Virus record (IMG/VR): IMGVR_UViG_3300025867_000005
DNA: 64,000 nucleotides
Origin: a virus
Lineage: Duplodnaviria; Caudoviricetes
Strand: one strand, 5' to 3'
Under the pieces are notes generated by a model, which was given only the letters and a program-made list of their open reading frames with translations, did not search any database and was not told the DNA's origin. The translations under genes and the position numbers were made by a program. Of this stretch, positions 1 through 10,874 are shown in pieces. Within the stretch, counting starts at the first letter, position 1. The number at the start of each line of letters is the position of its first letter.

Positions 1-222
1 ACATTCAAGCCTTGAAGAAGCACAAAGGAAAAGGAATACGGGTAGTAAGCGAAAAATACGACTATGAATTTTGTTTCTTAGATGACTACGTATTGAATGA
101 TGAACAGACGGCGGAAGAACTTGCGAAATTAAACATGCAAGTCCGCAATAACTTCGAAGACCTGATTTTAAAAGGGAAATTGTCTATAGAAGATGCGAAT
201 GCCAATCACCAACACACTTTAA

Positions 223-1044
223 TTGAACTTTTCGCAAAGACAATTCCAGGAGTTTTTTATGCAAGAAAACCACATATTAGATGATTTCTCAGATCGATTC
301 CCTCCTTATGGAAACGAAACTGATTATCAGAAGCTTAAAGCTGAATTCGAAAAACGTTTCGGTAAACAAGATTTCACTGTTTGGGGTCTTGAAAACTACA
401 GCCTACACAATTACGGCAGACTTTATGACGCCATCATTAAGAATCAGACAACTAAACCTTCTGTGACAAGAAGAGAACATGTGCTGGATGCTGGTCTAAC
501 TGAAAGGCTACAGAAACGTATTGCAATGATGACAAAACAGGATTCATCCAGATTGGCTTCTGACTTCCAAGATGTCAGCGATCTTCAGTTCAAATTCCGC
601 AAGCAGCTGTTTGATCTTTATTCCGAGAACAGGGACGACAAAACAGATGAATATTTCAAGGAATTGAAGAAGCTGGAAAAAGAACAGAAACGTGAAGTCC
701 AGCAAGTAGCCAAATCAATCTATGACGAAGTGAAAGAAACTCTCGGCCATAGTCAGAAGGTCGGTACAAAGGAAGTTGAAAACAAATACAACTTTTGGCT
801 CTACAAGGGAAATACAGGCATGAAGATAACCGTACTTAAAGACGGCAAAAAGATCATGACTCTTAAATGCGGACGCGACATTGATCATGAAACCAGCGGC
901 GCAAGGGAAAAAGTATTGACGATTCTTGGAAATGAAGATGAATTGAACAAGAAGAGAGACAAAGAAAAATTCGTCATTTCTTATGCAGATACGGCAAAAG
1001 ACATTCTTAGGATTTATGCCGATACTTTGAAGAAAGTTATCTGA
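223..1044 (+). CDS. hypothetical protein (true start may be the ATG at 259)
   Basis: 273-aa ORF with phage-like composition; no recognisable motif. Confidence 0.6.
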   Translation: MNFSQRQFQEFFMQENHILDDFSDRFPPYGNETDYQKLKAEFEKRFGKQDFTVWGLENYSLHNYGRLYDAIIKNQTTKPSVTRREHVLDAGLTERLQKRIAMMTKQDSSRLASDFQDVSDLQFKFRKQLFDLYSENRDDKTDEYFKELKKLEKEQKREVQQVAKSIYDEVKETLGHSQKVGTKEVENKYNFWLYKGNTGMKITVLKDGKKIMTLKCGRDIDHETSGAREKVLTILGNEDELNKKRDKEKFVISYADTAKDILRIYADTLKKVI

Positions 1045-1115
1045 AAATACCTATATGTTTCATAATCAAAATTGATAAGTCTTTTTATAGGTATGTAACA
1101 AAGGATTTATCAGAT

Positions 1116-2015
1116 ATGAAAATACTATCTTTAGACGGTGGCGGAGTGTTCGGGGTAGGACAAGCACTTATTCTATCGCAACTAGATAACAGCAAGTGGG
1201 ATCTTGTCTGTGGAACAAGCATCGGTTCAGCCGTAGCGGCATTTGTAGCTACAGGAAAGGAAATCAATGTAGACTTTTTCAGAGAACACATGCCTGAAAT
1301 TTTCAATCCTTCTGCCTTCCGAAACCCTCTTTGGGTGTCAAGATACAGTGACAAGTATATCAACAAATTGCTTTCCAAAACCTTTAAGGGGGAAATGCTT
1401 AAGGACACCCAGATTCCGATATATATCACGGCTTCTTCGATCAGCGGACATTCTCCTAAAGTGTTTTCAAGCCTAAGCGTGGAAGACGGAACCATGCTTA
1501 TCAGCGATTGCGTAAGGGCGAGCTGTGCAGCTCAGACGTATTTCAGACCCTGGCAGGGTTATGGAGACGGGGGTATTTTTACCAACAACCCAAGTATGGT
1601 TGCGGTTACATGGGCAATGCGTGAATTCGGGATAGGCATGGACGAAATCGAACTTTGCAGTATCGGAACCGGTGCATTTTCAAGAAGCGGATATGAAAAC
1701 GGAGACAACCTCGTCTATTGGGGAAATTGGATGGTACGAGCCTTATTCGAAGGTGGCGCTGATAAACTGTTTGATGAAATGGCATCTTCGTTGCCACTTA
1801 AGAGATATGACAGGTATCAATTCGTTAAACGTCCTTATTGGAAAATCGACAACATTGAACATATGAGGGAAGCTATTGAAGATTGGATGCACCCTGCCCT
1901 CGATATGAGTTTAGAAATCAAACACGGAATTCTATCATCAGATGAATACGAAGGTGAAATGATCACCCTCAATACTGAAGAAGAAGACAATTTTAACAAA
2001 GCGATGAAAATTTAG
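1116..2015 (+). CDS. patatin-like phospholipase
   Basis: LSLDGGG oxyanion motif, GTSIG (GxSxG) nucleophile, DGG catalytic Asp. Confidence 0.9.
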   Translation: MKILSLDGGGVFGVGQALILSQLDNSKWDLVCGTSIGSAVAAFVATGKEINVDFFREHMPEIFNPSAFRNPLWVSRYSDKYINKLLSKTFKGEMLKDTQIPIYITASSISGHSPKVFSSLSVEDGTMLISDCVRASCAAQTYFRPWQGYGDGGIFTNNPSMVAVTWAMREFGIGMDEIELCSIGTGAFSRSGYENGDNLVYWGNWMVRALFEGGADKLFDEMASSLPLKRYDRYQFVKRPYWKIDNIEHMREAIEDWMHPALDMSLEIKHGILSSDEYEGEMITLNTEEEDNFNKAMKI

Positions 2016-2023
2016 GAAAAAAT

Positions 2024-2431
2024 ATGACAATGAATTATGGAGAGGCGATAGCTTACTTTAAGTCGGTTAAACAGATAGACAAGGTAATTGCCTTGTTCGG
2101 AAATCAACCATTGATTGAAGCTTTGCTGGCTTGGAAATCCATACAGATACGCTTTAAGGAATCGGGTTTGACATATGAAGGGCTTTCAGATACAGAACTC
2201 TGGGATAAGCTTTGGGAGAATGTCGAATTCTCTAAGGAACGCTGGGCGGTTATCGCGGGAATCAAGCCACAATTGGCTAACAATATTTTTGAAAGACTAA
2301 GAGGATACCGTTTAATCTTTCCTGACGGCACAATTGATGTCATTGCGAACCAATACGTCAATTCAATCATTATTGATAAACTGGGCTTGAACACACCTAA
2401 AGAAAGCCACGATAAAAAAACCAAAGAATAA
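2024..2431 (+). CDS. hypothetical protein
   Basis: ORF with AGGA RBS, packed against neighbours. Confidence 0.6.
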   Translation: MTMNYGEAIAYFKSVKQIDKVIALFGNQPLIEALLAWKSIQIRFKESGLTYEGLSDTELWDKLWENVEFSKERWAVIAGIKPQLANNIFERLRGYRLIFPDGTIDVIANQYVNSIIIDKLGLNTPKESHDKKTKE

Positions 2432-2475
2432 ACCTATTGTGTTTTGCAACAACGTAACACAAAGGAAAAAAAGAA

Positions 2476-2769
2476 ATGTCAAAAGAATTGTTCGATGTTA
2501 AGTTTACAGGCAAGAATGACAACCGTAAGTTTCAGATGGTGCGTAACCTTTGGACAGCGGTTTCTGACAACAAGAACCGTTATTCCAGGGTTCAGTTTGT
2601 ATCTATGCGCAGTCATAAGGACAGCGTTAGTTTCGGTCTGAAGTATATCACATCAGACGGGAAGCGTTCTGGTATGGTGAGAATCAGCGAAGCTCTTCCT
2701 TTTGAAATCGGTGTTATGACGACTCCGGCCGTGATTCAGACGTTGAAGGTTTTCGACAGTTATCGTTAA
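2476..2769 (+). CDS. hypothetical protein
   Basis: ORF with AAGGA RBS. Confidence 0.55.
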   Translation: MSKELFDVKFTGKNDNRKFQMVRNLWTAVSDNKNRYSRVQFVSMRSHKDSVSFGLKYITSDGKRSGMVRISEALPFEIGVMTTPAVIQTLKVFDSYR

Positions 2770-3054
2770 ATGAAACTAGAAGAACTTCCTGACATCCCTG
2801 GTCATCTTTTTAAAGATGTCTGTTGGCAAAACGACAGCAAAACTTTAATCGGGAAATACAGTCCTTTTATTTGCCCTCACGGCAAGATGGTAGTCAAGTG
2901 GATCAGCTATGACAAAGAAAAACAAGAAGCTACTCTGTTTGTCCATTCAGGTTCTGACAAATACAAAGGGAAAACGGCGGTTTCCAAAGTGATACCGGCG
3001 CTCAAATTCACAGCGGGGACAGAGAATCTTTTGCCATTCTTTTTGTCACTGTAA
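2770..3054 (+). CDS. hypothetical protein
   Basis: abuts the previous stop codon; followed by a terminator. Confidence 0.55.
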   Translation: MKLEELPDIPGHLFKDVCWQNDSKTLIGKYSPFICPHGKMVVKWISYDKEKQEATLFVHSGSDKYKGKTAVSKVIPALKFTAGTENLLPFFLSL

Positions 3055-3061
3055 GGAATGA

Positions 3062-3093
3062 AGAAAGAAGACTTTCGGGTCTTCTTTTTTTTT
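3062..3093 (+). terminator. rho-independent terminator
   Basis: AGAAGAC-TTTCGG-GTCTTCT followed by a T run. Confidence 0.75.
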
Positions 3094-3121
3094 ATAGACT
3101 TTACACCTTATGAGGTAAAAA

Positions 3122-4258
3122 ATGTCATATTTAGGAAATCTTGAAAACTTTGACGCGGCGGCGACAACCCCTTGTGATGAAAGGGTTTTGAAAAAGATAA
3201 TCCCGTATTTCGTAGATCAATTTACCAATGCTGATTCTTCCAACAGTAAAGCGAGAATGATCCGTTATCTCATTTCTAAAGCGGCCGGAAGTATTTCTAT
3301 GTCTTCTTCTTTACAATGCAAACCAGAAGAAGTGGTTTTTACATCTGGCGGCACGGAATCAAATAATACCGTTATTCTCGGTTTCCCATATGCAGAAGGT
3401 AAAACGGTAGCGGTTTCAGCGACAGAACACAAGTCGGTCTTGAAAACAGCGGAAAAGATACAAGGACATCAGATTATTCCTGTTTTAGAAAACGGGATCG
3501 TTGACCTTGTGGCGTTAGAAGATTTGCTAAAGACAGGGAAAATTGGCTTAGTCAGTATTCATGCTGTAAACAATGAAACAGGAGCCATACAGCCGGTTTC
3601 AGACATTAAAAAGCTTTGTTCTGATTATGGGGCATGTTTTCACACCGATGCCAGCCAATATTGGGGGAAAGTACCAGAAAGGCTTGATGCAGATTACATT
3701 ACAATCTCTGGACACAAGGCACATGCTCCCAAGGGCGTAGGCGCGTTAATCATGAAAGATACGGCACCTTCAATCCGTCCTTTGCTTGTAGGCGGCAATC
3801 ATCAGAATGGCAGAAGGGCCGGAACCCTTGCTGTCCCTCTTATTGTCGGTATGGGGATGGTGACTGAATATTTCAAAGAGAACTATGACTTTTGTAACAG
3901 GATCAAGCTTCTAAGAGATAACATGCTTGATGATTTGACAATGTACGGCAATGTCGTTCTTAACACAGATAAGAATTGTCAAGCTCTATTCCTTAATTTT
4001 TCATTGACGGACATTGAAGCTTCCGACGTTATCGCCTATCTTGAGAAGCAACACGGAATAATTGTCAGCAGAGGAAGCGCTTGTATGGAGGGTAGAACTA
4101 GCCATGTCATAGCTAGCATGCGTGGGAAGACGAAAGAAATGGCATCTAACAGCATCAGGATATCTTGGTCGAAGTTCAACAAGACAAGCAATTTTATGTC
4201 TTTGCCGCACATCATAGAAAATTCTATCGAAGAAATGAAAAAGCAAACGATAATTTGA
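3122..4258 (+). CDS. iscS: cysteine desulfurase (IscS/NifS, class V aminotransferase)
   Basis: DAAATTP, FTSGGTESNN, HTDASQ, SGHK (PLP lysine), GSAC (catalytic Cys). Confidence 0.92.
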   Translation: MSYLGNLENFDAAATTPCDERVLKKIIPYFVDQFTNADSSNSKARMIRYLISKAAGSISMSSSLQCKPEEVVFTSGGTESNNTVILGFPYAEGKTVAVSATEHKSVLKTAEKIQGHQIIPVLENGIVDLVALEDLLKTGKIGLVSIHAVNNETGAIQPVSDIKKLCSDYGACFHTDASQYWGKVPERLDADYITISGHKAHAPKGVGALIMKDTAPSIRPLLVGGNHQNGRRAGTLAVPLIVGMGMVTEYFKENYDFCNRIKLLRDNMLDDLTMYGNVVLNTDKNCQALFLNFSLTDIEASDVIAYLEKQHGIIVSRGSACMEGRTSHVIASMRGKTKEMASNSIRISWSKFNKTSNFMSLPHIIENSIEEMKKQTII

Positions 4259-4275
4259 TATTCTCCACCATATTT

Positions 4276-7152
4276 ATGAAAATGCCGAGATATGCTTTAG
4301 ACAAACCAAATACACAGAAGCCTGTGCAGAATCCCACTGTACCCAAAACCCTCCCCAAGAACATAGAAGAACCCGATTATGTTTGGGACCCAGATCACAA
4401 GAACAAACCGGAAGGTGGTGATTGGAAAGAGACAGACAAGGGTTGGTCTAAGGCTAAGAAACCACAGAAGCAGAAACAACCTTCTAAGTCGAAGAAGACT
4501 GTCAAAAAAGATGTCCGTCAGGAAGTAGAAGACAAAACTAAAGCCGCAGCCAAAACCGTAGAAGAATATTACGGTAAAATTGACGACGGTGAAAAGGAGA
4601 AAATCAACAAGGAAACGCAAGCCCTGTTGCGCGACTATATCGAAAAAGCGGCTAAGGGAGAACCAGCCATTCTTCCAGAACTCAGTCATGAAGCCAAGAA
4701 AAAATTCCTACAGGCTCTTTTTATTACCGTCAGGGCTAAACAGATAGAATCTATTCCTGTTCAGGACAAGACTCTTAAAGAAAACCAGACTAAGATTGTC
4801 AATGATTTGTACGGTCATGCCAATAAGGCTTTGGAAGAAGTGGTAGAAGACATCAATACCAGGTCTATCACTCAAAAAAACATCAGGCCGAATACAGCCA
4901 AGGGATTCATTCCTAAACCATCAGACAAAGACGTTTCGAAACAGTCTGAAACGGAATTCTCTGACACTTTGGCGCTTTCAGATGAAAAGGACTATATTCA
5001 GGCGTTCCGCAAGAAACCTTCTATGCGAGGTATGGAATTTTCTTCTTTGCCACAAAACGAACAGGAACAGGCAGACCGGCTTGCTTATAACAACAAGCTT
5101 TATGGGGAAAACTTTTCAAGGCTTAATTGGAGCATCAAGGATATCGTCAAGTACCATCCTACCAAAAACAGGAATTCTTTCATTGTCGACGGATATGTGA
5201 AAAATCCTAATTCCGTAGTTTCTGACATTTCTATCCCCGTGAACGAGGCCGACCCTGCAAAGATGGCTAAGGCGATGAACAGTTTGATGAAAAAGCTTGT
5301 CGGATTAGGATTTAAAGGAATTGTCGAAACAGGGAAGAACGCCGAAGATATCGCAATGAATAAAGGCATGTTGACAGTCAGCACCGACAATCCCAAACAT
5401 GCGTTGGCGGTAAACGATATCATCAAGGAAACCTTTGCCGAAAACGGCATCCATGCCGATTCCTCTGTACACAAAAAACAATTCGGAATGGATGAAGAAA
5501 ACCTTTTTGACTATGGAACGAGGTTGAAAAAGATTGTTCCGAAGGATGGTTCAGGATTTGAATTGCCGCTAAAGGATTTGCCCAAATATATGGCCGCTGC
5601 CCGTTATAACGGCGTGGATTTGATCGTAGAAAAGGGTGGCAAGTTTAATCTTGTCCCTCATGACGCCAACAGTGAAGTCGGCAAACTAGGCATAGACGGG
5701 ATGACGGACAGGCATCCGAAAGAACTGATTGCAGAACTCTACTTTGCTAACAAGAAAGACAAGCAGCCGAAACCAGAACTTTCTGCCATTGAATTAGAAG
5801 ACCCGTTCGCGGATATCCGTAAAAATCTTCCAGAAGAAGAGAAAGAACCTGACTTTTCAATATTGGATACTGAAAAAGAGGAACTGGTTCAAGAAGAAAA
5901 ACAGGAACCTAAGCCGGAACCCGTGCCTTCTTTTGATGGAGAAAAGATAGAAGAAAACGTAAAATCCATCTCTGACAAGGCGGTAATGAAAGACTTGTCA
6001 GTCTTTAATGATATCAAAGCAACCCTACAGGGGATGATTGGTGACATTTCGGCGTCACGTAATGTAAGACTGTATCCGCAATACAAAAAGGCGATCGGAA
6101 AGATAGCACTAGGACTTCTCAAAGGAGAAATAAATGACAAGACTCCTCCTGAAGTAACGGAACTTTTCAAGAAGGTCGAAGATTCGATAAAAGATTATCA
6201 GGCTCCAGTTATGCCGAAGACAACAAAAGCATTTAATTTCGAAGCTATGCCGAACTACAAGAAGCTAGCCGATGTCGGAACTACGGAAGACATTTCAGAC
6301 GTTTCCAGTAGGGATACCGGTTGGAAATATACGGAACAATCGGGTAAGCCGATGATCATTTCAAAAACTTCCAACGGCATACACGGTCTTGAATTCGGCA
6401 CAAAAGAAGAAGCAAAAGCATGGGCTAGAAAGAATCCGTACGTCGGGGATAAGTTCAAAGTTGACAGCGTGGAAGACTACGGCTATGAATTTGAGAAAGA
6501 TGCGGATTTGAATTCGGGTAAAAGACTTAGCAAAGCCTTGAAACCAGACACGTCTAAGGTTGGCGCAATTCTTGATCATTACAAGATCGGAGAGGGAGAC
6601 GACAGGCTTAAATACATCCTTGGATACAAAAGGTATCTATTGAACCAAGCTTCAGATGAAGATAAGAACGAAATCTATTCCAACGGTTTGAAGAATTGGC
6701 TAGGCAAAAAATCATCAACTGATTTAAAATCAGACTTTTTGGATCGAATGGCGGCATCAGACCCTGAAAACAGCGACGGTCTTAAAAACGCCATGAATGA
6801 AATCAGCCCGGAAGACTTCGTTAAGCTTATTAATGGAATCGGAGTTGTTACTCCTGGAACCAGACAATCAAGCCTTCAGGAACGGCGAACACGTATGGCT
6901 GACATCGTTTTCAACACGTATGAGGCTCCAGACGGATTAAAACCCATCCAGAAGCTTCCTGTTGTTGTGGAAGGGATGAAAGTAAATGAACCTTTCAGGG
7001 TTAAGAGTCTTGAAGGGGATTATGCCCAAGGCAAACCTGGAGATTATCTAATTCATGGTATAGAAGGAGAAAACTATATCTGTGATGCTGATATCTTCCA
7101 CAAGACATATAAAGGAATTACCGAATCCATAAAGAAGGCAAGAAGGGCATAA
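4276..7152 (+). CDS. large multidomain protein with N-terminal YxxDPxHK..GWSK motif and C-terminal PGDYG-like domain
   Basis: likely ATG start at 4276; motif YVWDPDHKNKPEGGDWKETDKGWSK; C-terminal GKPGDYLIHGIEGENYICDADIFHKTY. Confidence 0.7.
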   Translation: MKMPRYALDKPNTQKPVQNPTVPKTLPKNIEEPDYVWDPDHKNKPEGGDWKETDKGWSKAKKPQKQKQPSKSKKTVKKDVRQEVEDKTKAAAKTVEEYYGKIDDGEKEKINKETQALLRDYIEKAAKGEPAILPELSHEAKKKFLQALFITVRAKQIESIPVQDKTLKENQTKIVNDLYGHANKALEEVVEDINTRSITQKNIRPNTAKGFIPKPSDKDVSKQSETEFSDTLALSDEKDYIQAFRKKPSMRGMEFSSLPQNEQEQADRLAYNNKLYGENFSRLNWSIKDIVKYHPTKNRNSFIVDGYVKNPNSVVSDISIPVNEADPAKMAKAMNSLMKKLVGLGFKGIVETGKNAEDIAMNKGMLTVSTDNPKHALAVNDIIKETFAENGIHADSSVHKKQFGMDEENLFDYGTRLKKIVPKDGSGFELPLKDLPKYMAAARYNGVDLIVEKGGKFNLVPHDANSEVGKLGIDGMTDRHPKELIAELYFANKKDKQPKPELSAIELEDPFADIRKNLPEEEKEPDFSILDTEKEELVQEEKQEPKPEPVPSFDGEKIEENVKSISDKAVMKDLSVFNDIKATLQGMIGDISASRNVRLYPQYKKAIGKIALGLLKGEINDKTPPEVTELFKKVEDSIKDYQAPVMPKTTKAFNFEAMPNYKKLADVGTTEDISDVSSRDTGWKYTEQSGKPMIISKTSNGIHGLEFGTKEEAKAWARKNPYVGDKFKVDSVEDYGYEFEKDADLNSGKRLSKALKPDTSKVGAILDHYKIGEGDDRLKYILGYKRYLLNQASDEDKNEIYSNGLKNWLGKKSSTDLKSDFLDRMAASDPENSDGLKNAMNEISPEDFVKLINGIGVVTPGTRQSSLQERRTRMADIVFNTYEAPDGLKPIQKLPVVVEGMKVNEPFRVKSLEGDYAQGKPGDYLIHGIEGENYICDADIFHKTYKGITESIKKARRA

Positions 7153-7206
7153 TTTTTTATACTCCATTCCTATAATGAATGATATTAGGAAGGAGTCTCG
7201 TGAATA

Positions 7207-7524
7207 ATGCTTTTGAAAAAAATCTCGCCTGCGTGTTTGACGCAAATAAGGAAAAAATACAGCCTTACGCATATCGTCATGTGGGCCAAATCAGAAGAAG
7301 GTCAATACGTTATTTCCAACGGAGACAACCCTGATACCTGTGTACAGGCGGCATTGCTTGCAAGCAGATTTAGGAAATTCCTTGGTTGGCCTAATATCAG
7401 CTTCGAAGTCGCACCGAAACTAGCTGAAGTTTTGGTGGAAAATGAAAAGCTCAAAAACGAAAATAAAGCACTGAAAGAAAAACTAAAGGCGGCTGGATAT
7501 GAAGAAAAGCGGAATGAGGAATAA
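7207..7524 (+). CDS. hypothetical protein with C-terminal coiled coil
   Basis: AGGAG RBS; heptad-like ENEKLKNENKALKEKL. Confidence 0.55.
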   Translation: MLLKKISPACLTQIRKKYSLTHIVMWAKSEEGQYVISNGDNPDTCVQAALLASRFRKFLGWPNISFEVAPKLAEVLVENEKLKNENKALKEKLKAAGYEEKRNEE

Positions 7525-7891
7525 GGCAAGTCCTGCCAAAAGGGCATTCGCCAAGTATCTCAGAAGGAATCAGACCCATCCTGAATTGGAACTTGGCAAA
7601 GCCTTGAAAGAGTACTTCCCGAATGTGCCGATATACAGTCAAAGCTTGAGCTACGGCTATATCCTTGACTTCTATGTCGCTTCAAACAAAGAAGGAGCGC
7701 CCTATAAGGGAATCGCGATAGAAGTAGACGGTCCTTGCCATCTTGCAAGGAAGGAATATGATAAACATCGTGATGCCGTGTTATGGAGTAAAGGAATCCG
7801 TACTTTAAGGTTTGATATTAAGGCAATAAAGAATAATCTGAAAGTAGTTTTGTCTATCATCTATTGCGAGTTGACAAAAATCAGAAAATAA
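7514..7891 (+). CDS. DUF559/Vsr-like endonuclease domain protein
   Basis: LRRNQTHPE...YILDFY...IEVDGPCH...YDKHRD...GIRTLRF. Confidence 0.8.
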   Translation: MRNKASPAKRAFAKYLRRNQTHPELELGKALKEYFPNVPIYSQSLSYGYILDFYVASNKEGAPYKGIAIEVDGPCHLARKEYDKHRDAVLWSKGIRTLRFDIKAIKNNLKVVLSIIYCELTKIRK

Positions 7892-7927
7892 GATACTATA
7901 TGTATTGAAGAAAGGTTTATCAGAATT

Positions 7928-8503
7928 ATGCCTTACATGCTTAACAAAAATTGGCAGGTTATCAAGAAGATCACCGTTCAAAAAGCCATTAAAAAAGTTA
8001 TCAACGGACGCGCTTTGTTCCTCGAAGCGGAAACAGGGCAATTCTTTGATTTTGAACAATGGAAGAATCGTGGAAATTCTCATAAGTCCATCAGATTCGG
8101 AAACGGACAGATTGCCAAGCCGGAGTTCATTGTCCTTACCTGTTATAGCGGTATCGGAATGCGCCCTATCCCTGAAGATCCTAGAATCAGCAGATACAAC
8201 ATCTTTGTCAGAGACGGAGGCTGTTGCATGTATTGCGGATGTAAGTTGAATTGGGGTAAAGGTAGTTTTACCTATGACCACGTTCATCCCCGTTCCAGAG
8301 GTGGCAGAACGGATTGGGATAACATTGTCTTGTGTTGCCACAAGTGCAACCACCATAAAGGCAATAAATATCTTCAAGATTCAGGAATGTCATTGATCAA
8401 TCTCCCGCACAAGCCAAGTGCTAAAGAACTTCGGGAGAAATCTATCAAGATGCGTCAACAAATTTGGAAACAAGAAGATAAGGGGATCGAGAGATTCCTT
8501 TAA
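7928..8503 (+). CDS. HNH endonuclease
   Basis: IFVRD..CMYCG...TYDHVHPRSRGGRTDWDNIVLCCHKCNHHK. Confidence 0.9.
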   Translation: MPYMLNKNWQVIKKITVQKAIKKVINGRALFLEAETGQFFDFEQWKNRGNSHKSIRFGNGQIAKPEFIVLTCYSGIGMRPIPEDPRISRYNIFVRDGGCCMYCGCKLNWGKGSFTYDHVHPRSRGGRTDWDNIVLCCHKCNHHKGNKYLQDSGMSLINLPHKPSAKELREKSIKMRQQIWKQEDKGIERFL

Positions 8504-8518
8504 ACAGAAAGGCACAAG

Positions 8519-8761
8519 ATGATTCACGAATTGAATACCTATCAGGATGATGAAGGAAGAATTGTCGTTAAACATACCTGCATATCTGACAGCTCAATGT
8601 TATTCACAGGGAAACAGCGTGTGAAAACTGCGGATATGAAGGAATGGGATTGGGAATTCGCTTTCCCTACGGATGTCCAGACCCTTGAATCCGCCTTTGA
8701 ACGTTTCGACGAAGTCTGTAAACGCAGGCTCGACGAACACAATGAAAAATTCAAGAAATAG
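8519..8761 (+). CDS. hypothetical protein
   Basis: small ORF in a tightly packed run. Confidence 0.5.
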   Translation: MIHELNTYQDDEGRIVVKHTCISDSSMLFTGKQRVKTADMKEWDWEFAFPTDVQTLESAFERFDEVCKRRLDEHNEKFKK

Positions 8762-8770
8762 AATCGGCAC

Positions 8771-9025
8771 ATGAATATCTACGATCTAGCTAATTCAGAA
8801 ATTCCTGAAACAGGGTATCCCTTTTGCTTCTTTGACGGTAGAAAAATGAAGCCTAAGCATCTTTGGTTTAGTCTAAAGATGGAAACCGTGTCTTTCCTTT
8901 GGGAGAACAAGTTTTATTCATTGAAGATTGATGACCCGCTGACAATCGGGGAAGAAGGATATATATTTTCTGAATTGCCTATTGAAACCAAAAGGCCATG
9001 TAAACAAGAAAGGATTTTAACATGA
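8771..9025 (+). CDS. hypothetical protein
   Basis: ATGA overlap with the next ORF. Confidence 0.5.
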   Translation: MNIYDLANSEIPETGYPFCFFDGRKMKPKHLWFSLKMETVSFLWENKFYSLKIDDPLTIGEEGYIFSELPIETKRPCKQERILT

Positions 9026-9288
9026 ATTCCATGTCGATACAAACTCTCGAAAACGGGAATATCAAAGTCAGATTCAATTATCCGGTTTCAGACACGATTC
9101 AAATCGAAAATCAACAAACCGAACAGATGAAACAGAATATCCACAAGATGTTCCCTCCAAATGTCTATATCCGTTTTGAATATGAAAATAACGGAAGCAA
9201 ACTGACAGGCATTTTTACAGATACAACGGTCGAAGAAATCAAGACGGCGCTTGTGAAATACTTCCCGTTTGTGCTTATCAAAGGTTAA
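9022..9288 (+). CDS. hypothetical protein
   Basis: translationally coupled ORF. Confidence 0.5.
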   Translation: MNSMSIQTLENGNIKVRFNYPVSDTIQIENQQTEQMKQNIHKMFPPNVYIRFEYENNGSKLTGIFTDTTVEEIKTALVKYFPFVLIKG

Positions 9289-9296
9289 AAAAGAAT

Positions 9297-10022
9297 ATGG
9301 AATTGAAATTTATCGGTGCTGGAAGTTGTTTTAACACCGCATTAGGAAATACGTCAGCATGTCTTCCCGTAGGAAATTCTGCCTTCCTATTGGATTGCGG
9401 GGAATCCGTCTTTCATCAAATTCAAGAAGGCGGCCTTCTGAACGGATTCAAGAATGTAAACGTTTTCATCACGCATAGCCATAGCGACCATTGCGGAAGC
9501 CTTTCAAGTCTTCTCTTCTATTGCTATTATGTCTTGAAAGCCAAGCCAAGAGTCTTTGCTCCACAAGCTGTTTTCCAAATCCTTGACCTTCAGGGAAGTT
9601 TTCCCGAAGCATATGAAAAGAACGTATTGGAATACGGTAAGAAAGAAACGTTCCAAACCGACCTCCTAAGCCCTTCAGGACTTGTGAACATCACCGTTTA
9701 CCCGATGAAAGAAAGTCATGCTGACCTTGAATCTTTCGGGTTCCTATTTGCTGACAGCATCGGAGACTGTTTTTATTACAGCGGGGATTCGAAAGAACTC
9801 CGTCCGAATATCCTTTCTCTTTTCAGAAAAAACCAAATCAAGAGAATCTATCATGATTGCAGTTGGGTTGACTATCCTGACAGCGTACATCTTTCATACA
9901 ATAAACTTTGTCAAATCATAACAGACCCGAAGGAAAGGGAACGGGTTGTTTTGATGCATTTTGATAAAGGTTTTAATTTCGAACAGGCCAAACATGATGG
10001 ATGGTCTTTCCCGACAGCATAG
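9297..10022 (+). CDS. metallo-beta-lactamase fold hydrolase, RNase Z/BN-like
   Basis: LDCGE, THSHSDHCG (HxHxDH), YSGDS, C-terminal His motifs. Confidence 0.85.
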   Translation: MELKFIGAGSCFNTALGNTSACLPVGNSAFLLDCGESVFHQIQEGGLLNGFKNVNVFITHSHSDHCGSLSSLLFYCYYVLKAKPRVFAPQAVFQILDLQGSFPEAYEKNVLEYGKKETFQTDLLSPSGLVNITVYPMKESHADLESFGFLFADSIGDCFYYSGDSKELRPNILSLFRKNQIKRIYHDCSWVDYPDSVHLSYNKLCQIITDPKERERVVLMHFDKGFNFEQAKHDGWSFPTA

Positions 10023-10057
10023 AACCTTCTTTAACACCGATAAAGGATTTATAAACA

Positions 10058-10387
10058 ATGGCGAAAAGAAAGAACACAAAGAAAGAACAGGCAGTGACAA
10101 GAAACAAGAAACCGGTAGGACAGGACTTGTTTAAACTGATAACTGAAAAACTTGGACGTGAATTGACTGACGAAGAAACTGAAATCATTACGGAATCCGC
10201 AAAGCTTTTCGTGGCAGATACCTTTCTCCCGAATATTGTATTTGACAAGGAACTCCTTAAAGAAGTCGTCTTGTCAAACGAAATCGTCACAAAAGATGAT
10301 TTTGAAGACTTTGATGAGGAAGATGATTTTGAAGACAAGCCTTATAGCAGCTTTGACATTTTCAAAACGGGAGATGAATATGAATAG
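10058..10387 (+). CDS. hypothetical protein with basic N-terminus and acidic C-terminus
   Basis: ORF composition. Confidence 0.55.
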   Translation: MAKRKNTKKEQAVTRNKKPVGQDLFKLITEKLGRELTDEETEIITESAKLFVADTFLPNIVFDKELLKEVVLSNEIVTKDDFEDFDEEDDFEDKPYSSFDIFKTGDEYE

Positions 10388-10874
10388 CCAAAAGAGCCTT
10401 CACAACGTCTTGACAATGCTTTTCTATTACCTTCCTGAAAACATCGCTTTCAACAGTTTGGAAAAGATGGCTAACTTGATGAAAGCTGAAGTATTTAAGT
10501 CGAAATACAACAAGATCATTTCCCCTGATGAAATCAGCGCCACAGCGATTCTTGAGGTTATCAAAGACCTTGGAAAGAATTTCGTCACTTTGAAAACGTC
10601 AAAAGACAGGGTTTTACTAAAGACCACTCCTGAATTCAAAGCGATCGTAAGTGGGCTTATCATTAAAGCAAGCCCTACATATGTCAATCGGATTAAAGAC
10701 TTGTCAAGAATTTTGTTCCGAAACGCTGATTTTTCTTCGAATCAAATCGTTAAGAAAGAAGCCAAGGAAAGCGACAGGGTACTTGAAGTCATGAATTCAT
10801 TGGCTGATAAGACGGGAGAAATCTATTCCTTGATAAACAGGCTCTACGGTATTCTGAAAGACAACGGACTATGA
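10374..10874 (+). CDS. hypothetical protein
   Basis: GGAG RBS before ATG 10374/10380; ATGA overlap downstream. Confidence 0.55.
   Translation: MNMNSQKSLHNVLTMLFYYLPENIAFNSLEKMANLMKAEVFKSKYNKIISPDEISATAILEVIKDLGKNFVTLKTSKDRVLLKTTPEFKAIVSGLIIKASPTYVNRIKDLSRILFRNADFSSNQIVKKEAKESDRVLEVMNSLADKTGEIYSLINRLYGILKDNGL

Noticed and set aside
1116-2015. CBASS CapV effector system
   Set aside because: The patatin fold is clear, but no CD-NTase or ancillary gene is nearby in the window.
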